A stretch of DNA of 62,934 nucleotides, filler included, from Dicyema japonicum (taxonomy: Eukaryota > Animalia > Dicyemida), in assembly GCA_011109175.1 (NCBI GenBank). It is 10 parts of 10 records of this genome, joined end to end, with 100 filler letters (N's around TTAATTAATTAA, not from the genome) between each part and the next. Parts side by side here need not be neighbours in the genome. Positions count along the whole stretch, not along the records: positions 53,565 to 59,175 come from RDEW01000214.1; positions 59,276 to 62,934 come from RDEW01000328.1; 8 more parts are not named here. One strand, written 5' to 3'. A program made the position numbers and the translations under genes. The notes beneath the pieces were generated by a model, which was not told the DNA's origin, made no database searches, and worked only from the letters and a program-made list of their open reading frames with translations. Positions 57,230 through 62,934 of the stretch are shown here, piece by piece; the first letter of the stretch is position 1; each line of letters begins with the position of its first letter.

Positions 57230-58960
57230 AGAAGGTCGTCTTATCCATTCGGCGTCTGAATGTCATCTGTAAATAAGTTAAATAAGAATGGTGATAGTGG
57301 CGAACTCTGGAGTTGTCCATTTGGGAATAAATGAGAAACAGAACAAATGCTTCCAATGCACACTCTTCCTCTCTTTCTGCTAGGAAGTTAGTCAGCCAGC
57401 GTTCGAAGTTTTCAGGAATATCTTATTGGTAGATTTTCCATGTTAGATTTTTCTCGGCAGAGTCATAAGCTTTGCGGATGTCCAGTGAGCATAGCACAGT
57501 TTTCTGGTGTATTGGCTTATACAGAAATACAAAGCGAATAAAGTTAGTCAGGAAGCTGAGGAGCTTGTTTTGGCCAATTTTTTTAAAATCATGCTGCAGC
57601 GGTTTATCGGAAGTTTTTTCAATTATTTTTGCGAGGACGATTCTTTCCAGAATTTTTGACATCAGGCACAAGAAAGACATAAGCCTGAAGTAAGCTGAGT
57701 CTTCTTTCGGTTTTCCGGGCTTCAATACTGGGTGGATGTTTGCAAATTTCTACATCGTTAGGATTTAGTTATAGTTGATCCGACCAGTTTTAGATTTTGA
57801 TGTGTTACTTTTGTTAACTTAGGGATGATATTACCTCCTTTTCAATGAAATGAGTTAATTGATCCCTTTTCGGTTTGGGTGAGATTTTCGCGTAGTATTA
57901 TATTAAGGCGTTTAGGTTTTTTTGGCTGAATTAGTCATTTCCGGGTGTACTCTCATCTACCTAGTCTTCCGGACTACTGATGTTGTCCGATAACGATTTA
58001 ATGACGTAAGGACCATTTTCCATTTTGTTCTCTGTATTTTGAATTCTTTGGGTTTTATTTCTTCGTTCAGCACTTTTAGAGGGATCCTTGCTTTTTTGAG
58101 ACGGGTCCTTTCCTTGACGAGAGCCTTTTTTCCGTACTCACTCGTGTAAAACGACATATCTTTTAGGGACAGCCATAGATCTCGTTTTCAGAACGTAAGC
58201 AACCGCCATATCAAGGGACGTAAAGTTTTCCAGCTGTATATTAGCCATATGTTGATCCTTAACCGATCGGAATAATTGCCAATTTACAAGATTGTACATA
58301 TATGTAGGTTTCTTATTTCCCTGGTAATTTTTTCTTTTGATTTTTAGCAGAATAGGGATATGACCACTTCGAGTGTCGTAGATGACTGATCAACTAATTG
58401 TCGTTGAAAGCTGTGGTGAACATAGTGTGATATCTGGAGGGTGAATATAGTGTGATTGTCAGAATTCCTTTGAAATAATCTTGTGTTTTTGATGGGTCAT
58501 ACGACAACAGCAAATTTTCTCTTGTGTCTGCAGACTGATCTAACAGACAGAGAGGGTGTTTGGCATTCAACTTCGTTCCAACTCTCCAGTGCTAATAAGT
58601 CCGGCATAGTGTAATGTTTCGGACATGAGCCCGGAGGAGGAATATACATGTTTACAAAATATAGTCTTCCTTTTGTTGTGCCAACAGATATTCCGATTAT
58701 CCCCGTGGTTTTATCATTTCCCAAGAGTTTCTTCACTTCGAGTATATGTTCCTCATACATTAGGCCTTTTTTATTAATGTAAGCAGTCCACCTCTACGTT
58801 TTTTGGTGCACGTGTTATGTTGTATCCAGGAAAAAAGGGTATCTTTTGCTGATAGCTTCGATTCTTGGATGAGCATGATGTCAACTTTGAGTTTAACAAT
58901 CAGAGTTCTAAGTTCAATAATTTTGCCTTTAATTCCGTTCACATATAGTTGTATAACAGA
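57230..58960 (-). mobile_element. Degenerate I/jockey-type LINE with APE endonuclease and RT start
   Basis: NGIKGK, LIQESKL, RGGLLTLIK, VNMYIPP, then KPGKP..FRLMSFLC..KILERIVL, LDIRKAYDS. Confidence 0.8.
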
Positions 58961-60574
58961 GATCCGGTCCTTTAACAGTGTGGATCACGAATCCGACAAA
59001 GTGATGCCAGACCAGTAATCCGTCGATCAGGGGCGACATGTACTCCCGGTGGAAGAAAGCCAATGGTTCTTTTTCGAGATGCGTTAAAAACATTAAGAGC
59101 GCCTCCAGAATTGTTGTATCCGTGAACCACATGACGCCACGCTAAAAATTTAAAGTTCAGATTACTTTTTTAATTNNNNNNNNNNNNNNNNNNNNNNNNN
59201 NNNNNNNNNNNNNNNNNNNTTAATTAATTAANNNNNNNNNNNNNNNNNNNNNNNNNNNNNNNNNNNNNNNNNNNNTAAACTCCCTTGGATTAATTAGTTG
59301 TGACTGTCTGTGCTGGGTTTACCAAAGATTGTAAGCCTGGGGTTGATAAATTAGAAGGAAATAAGACTCTGATCGATGATATAAAAGTATTCAAGGCAGT
59401 TGACTGTTATTTTTTCGAGATTTACTTATGAAATGAGACAAAACTTTACACAAACAGACAAAAGTTCATTAACATGGCTTGATTAAATAACAACGAATTT
59501 TGCTGCTTATTCTTATATAAAACAAAATAACCTTTGATCACCCACCATCCAGTCTTCTGCAATTATTATGTTATTATAAAAGCAACTTTTATTTTTGGTA
59601 GAACGGATAGTTAAGAGCACCGCACAAAAAGAACCCTGAGTATTCATATCTTTACGGGTAACGCGTGAGTGCATTTAACTAATTTACTTTTTAAAAATTA
59701 TTTAAGTGGAGCCAAAGTTAGTGTGGTGCTAAGCGGCTACTTGAATTGAAGATTTCTTGTTTCTTATGTTCCTTCTCTTCCCCTTTAGCTCCACGGAGCT
59801 TTAATTTTTAGCGACGTCATGTGGTTCAACATCTCTCATGGCGTCAGATATAATCTTAAATTATATCCAAAAAGGACCATTAGTCACCATACAGAGGAGT
59901 TTCCCCTGGACGGCACTTCCTTCAAGTCCGAGTATGCGAAGACTGCTGGCCGGGATCACCTTATTTTTTTCATTCTGGCAAAGACGTTTTTTTTCTGGTT
60001 CAATAATTTAAATAAATTTGTTAACCAAGTCTACATTTATTACAAATATTCTTTCTGAAACCGAATGCCGTGTCATTGTAATGTTGGTACTTATTTAGAT
60101 GCAGGACCCCACTTCCATGCATCAATTTATTTTAATTTTCCACGTTGGAATGAAGAGATGGATCCTTTTGAATGCCGGCCAGGCATTGGGCGCCTCCTGA
60201 GTACGACGCCATTAGAAGGAAAAGAGAGAAATAGGGTAGCCAAATGGCACACGCAGATATGAGCTACTAAAGGCACCAAACAAGAGATTGATAGCATACA
60301 ATCACAGCAAGTCAGGACAGCGATCTCAATTTAGCTAAATGTTCTTCCGTTAAACCCACACAATACAGGTCACGATGTAAGAAACACCATCTCAAATAGA
60401 TTAACTGTTAAGTACGTGACACCCAGTGGCTTTTCTAGTTGATCTTCGTTGCTATCATGAAATCTTAATACGTCAATTACATTAATAGAGACCATTTGAC
60501 TAATTATTTAAACATCTTTTAATAATGATTTTGATTTTTAATATAAAAAATTTTTAATTAAAAAAAACTAAGTC

Positions 60575-60775
60575 CATTCTGGAGAGTTCCGGCCACCATT
60601 GTCACTTGAAGCCTTGATACGAATGAACCATGGAACGCGCCGTCGTGACTGCGAAGGTCCAGTCACTCGACCGATACGTGCTTGTGTGGGGTCGAGGGAG
60701 GAGCATCGAGCCAAAATGAGTTCCCTGCTAGTGCTTGCTGAGATCACGTGATTAGTTAGTGTGTAACCGTGGTCT
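60575..60775 (+). repeat. Dispersed repeat family B copy
   Basis: Homologous to 7005-7125, about 24915-24990 (minus) and 53660-53830 (minus). Confidence 0.7.
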
Positions 60776-60784
60776 TTGGTGTTA

Positions 60785-61270
60785 TTATTATTATTTGACG
60801 TTATTGACTAACCCCGGCCTTGGTAACTTGTAGGAAACAGCAAATGCCGTTCGCTCCCATAGATCGGACATGTCCCGATTTGTATAGGGCCGACGTAGTA
60901 TTTTATTATCACCGAGTCTATGGATGGTTTTTGTAGAAACAAAATCGTGTATCTGTTTCAGACGACCCCACTCAATGGGGCTGGAATTGATGGATGATAG
61001 CATTCGAGACAGGTCAGTGGTTGTCAATAATTTTTCTTTTGTTTTGGGGTTTGCATAGAGAGTGACAGGGATGATCTGGACTGTAGGCTTGAGAGAGGAA
61101 CTGCAGAGTTCTAACTTCAAAATGGTCTCCAATAAGAAGGAGTTCGATTCCCAATGTAGATGATCAATAAGGGTTGATAGAAATATCCAGTAATCGTTCT
61201 GAGCGCCATGTTTTTGAATTTTTTGTAGTTTGTCGATAGAAGTGAGGAAGAAGTTGACCAACAAGGACTT
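60785..61270 (-). mobile_element. LINE 3' terminal fragment with (TAA)n tail
   Basis: ORF ends ..SDLWERTAFAV..; terminus CCGGGGTTAGTCAATAACGTCAAATAATAATAA. Confidence 0.55.
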
Positions 61271-61879
61271 GCATAGTTAATTTTGGTTCTAATTAGTTTT
61301 TTATATATGATGGTTGGAGTCTCTTTTCATACGCAAAAAGAATGTCCTGACACATCTTTCAGTATGTTGAATTGTATTGTTTCAAATAAATTGTTTTGAG
61401 ATTAAAAAACTAAATTATTTAAGAATTAATTAAATTATTATTTAACGCATTCATTAATTTTTTTTCAATTTTCATATTATTAAATGGTGGAAGGTTCCAC
61501 GCATCTACGATGCTAAAAAGGCTTGACGAGTGACTCAGCCATCAGTGGACTCTCACTACGGAACTGGATTGTCAAAAAAGGACCCACACACAAGAAAAAG
61601 AAGTGAAGATCATTCCTTGGTTCTACGATTAGTTAAAATTAACTGTTCTTTACTTAAATAAAGTGTGTGTCCTGCCTATGCGGAGCTAATACTACGGCTC
61701 CGTGAAAAAAGCTGTTATTATTATTAAATATCACCAGATTCATTATGAACAGTGTTTTTGTGACGCAATGTACTTGATGTTCAAGATCGTTGTCCTTAAA
61801 GTTTTTTTTCAGGTCAAATGTCGGTGAAGATAATCTTGAGAATATCGCGCCTCTTTATACAATAAATTTCTGTGATGTT

Positions 61880-62194
61880 AGCCACGTGGCGCCATGTGGT
61901 GCTTCGTGGTTAATTGGTTGAAGTTTCTGTTTGTTTGTCTGTTTTTCCTCTCTCTTCTTATTAGAGTGGCGTTATGTGATCCATCTGTCTAGGTGGCGCC
62001 CAGATGCCAGGCCGGCACAGAAAAGGATCATATGCTTTCCACTGGAGGGTTTCCACAACTGCAAGTATGGACGTCTTTTACTCTTTATTTTGATTCCGGA
62101 TGGACTCTGTTTCTGTAGAAGTGGAAACTGGATACACTTAATTAGTTGTTTAACTTCTTTCTCGGTGTATCCGGGGTTAATAAATTAAATAAAT
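61880..62194 (+). repeat. Dispersed repeat family A, most complete copy (about 315 bp, SINE-like)
   Basis: Head CACGTGGCGCCATGTGG (also at about 34787, 54228, 59810 and 59145 minus); tail TCGGTGTATCCGGGGTTAATAAATTAAATAAAT. Confidence 0.75.
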
Positions 62195-62934
62195 ATTATA
62201 AAATTCACATGATGTGCAAATGCCAACAGTGGGTCTAATGTGATTCCAAGAATGGAGGGATATCTTCTTTATTGGAATGTGGTCTCCATTCAGAGTCAAT
62301 TTGGATATGATCGACATATACTTTCTATATGAGGCGATAATTTTAGATATGCAATCAGTTCTTAGATAACAAAAAATTCATAATTTTATACTTCTTTTGT
62401 ATTCTTTGTGTTGCTTACCCTGGATTCCGTCCGATTTATTGTAGGGATGATATAGTCATAGCCATAAGACAAAGGAGAATGTTTGCAAAATTTGAAGTGG
62501 AAAGATCTTTGAGAAAAAAATTGAATAATGTAGGGATATTGGAGATCCTTGAAGTATCGAAACTTTAACTTTAGATTTCCTATAGTCACTTGTCCTCTCC
62601 GGCAACTGACAAAGCGAGCCAATTTTGGATAGATAGAAATGGGAAAAATAATTTGATAAAATAGATTCGATAGAATTCGTAAAAAATTAATAAAAACACT
62701 TAATTATTATTTTAAATAATTTTTTAATTTTAATTAAATCCAATTTAAATTGGTAAAAGTTTATCTAATTACTGTGCTGAATGCTCTGAGGACAAGTTAT
62801 ACAGTCTTGCATCCTCCTGGTGACTTTAATGAGTTGACAAACATTAGGAGCCGGCATTCGATGATATAGCATGGGGAAATTATATATAAGTTTATGGAAA
62901 GCGAATACCGAACAGAAGATATCTGTACACAGGG

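Noticed and set aside
62386-62622. Minus-strand ORF with a kinase-like LQYPYIIQF
   Set aside because: No further kinase motifs; the plus strand reads better as a decayed CR1/L2-type RT thumb

Overview
AT-rich eukaryotic (metazoan) genomic window, not prokaryotic: no CRISPR array, rRNA or tRNA gene was recognised. It is several contigs joined by artificial N-TTAATTAATTAA-N spacers, so adjacency across spacers is unproven. Host genes are split by extremely short spliceosomal introns (mostly 20-28 nt), which is why the ORF track misses or fragments them. After manual splicing I can support eight host genes: TYW1 (apparently decaying), an ETS factor with a tandem-repeat eh1-like tail, MICU2/3-like, an atypical Rac-family GTPase, PIGO-like, DDX42, a selenoprotein W2/MIEN1-like gene (in-frame UGA in CxxU plus a SECIS-like hairpin, absent from the ORF track) and SRPK. 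Micro-introns at ancestral positions resemble what is reported for dicyemid mesozoans; another reduced parasitic animal such as a myxozoan is not excluded (inference). Most remaining sequence is decayed transposons: CRE-clade and R4-like REL retroelements, RTE and I/jockey-type LINEs, hAT remnants and short dispersed repeats. Best leads: the Rac-derived probable pseudo-GTPase, the hidden selenoprotein, the ETS-eh1 repeat protein, a PHD-finger-bearing CRE retrotransposon family and TYW1 decay. All identifications are by-eye motif recognition with no database searches; TE boundaries are approximate.
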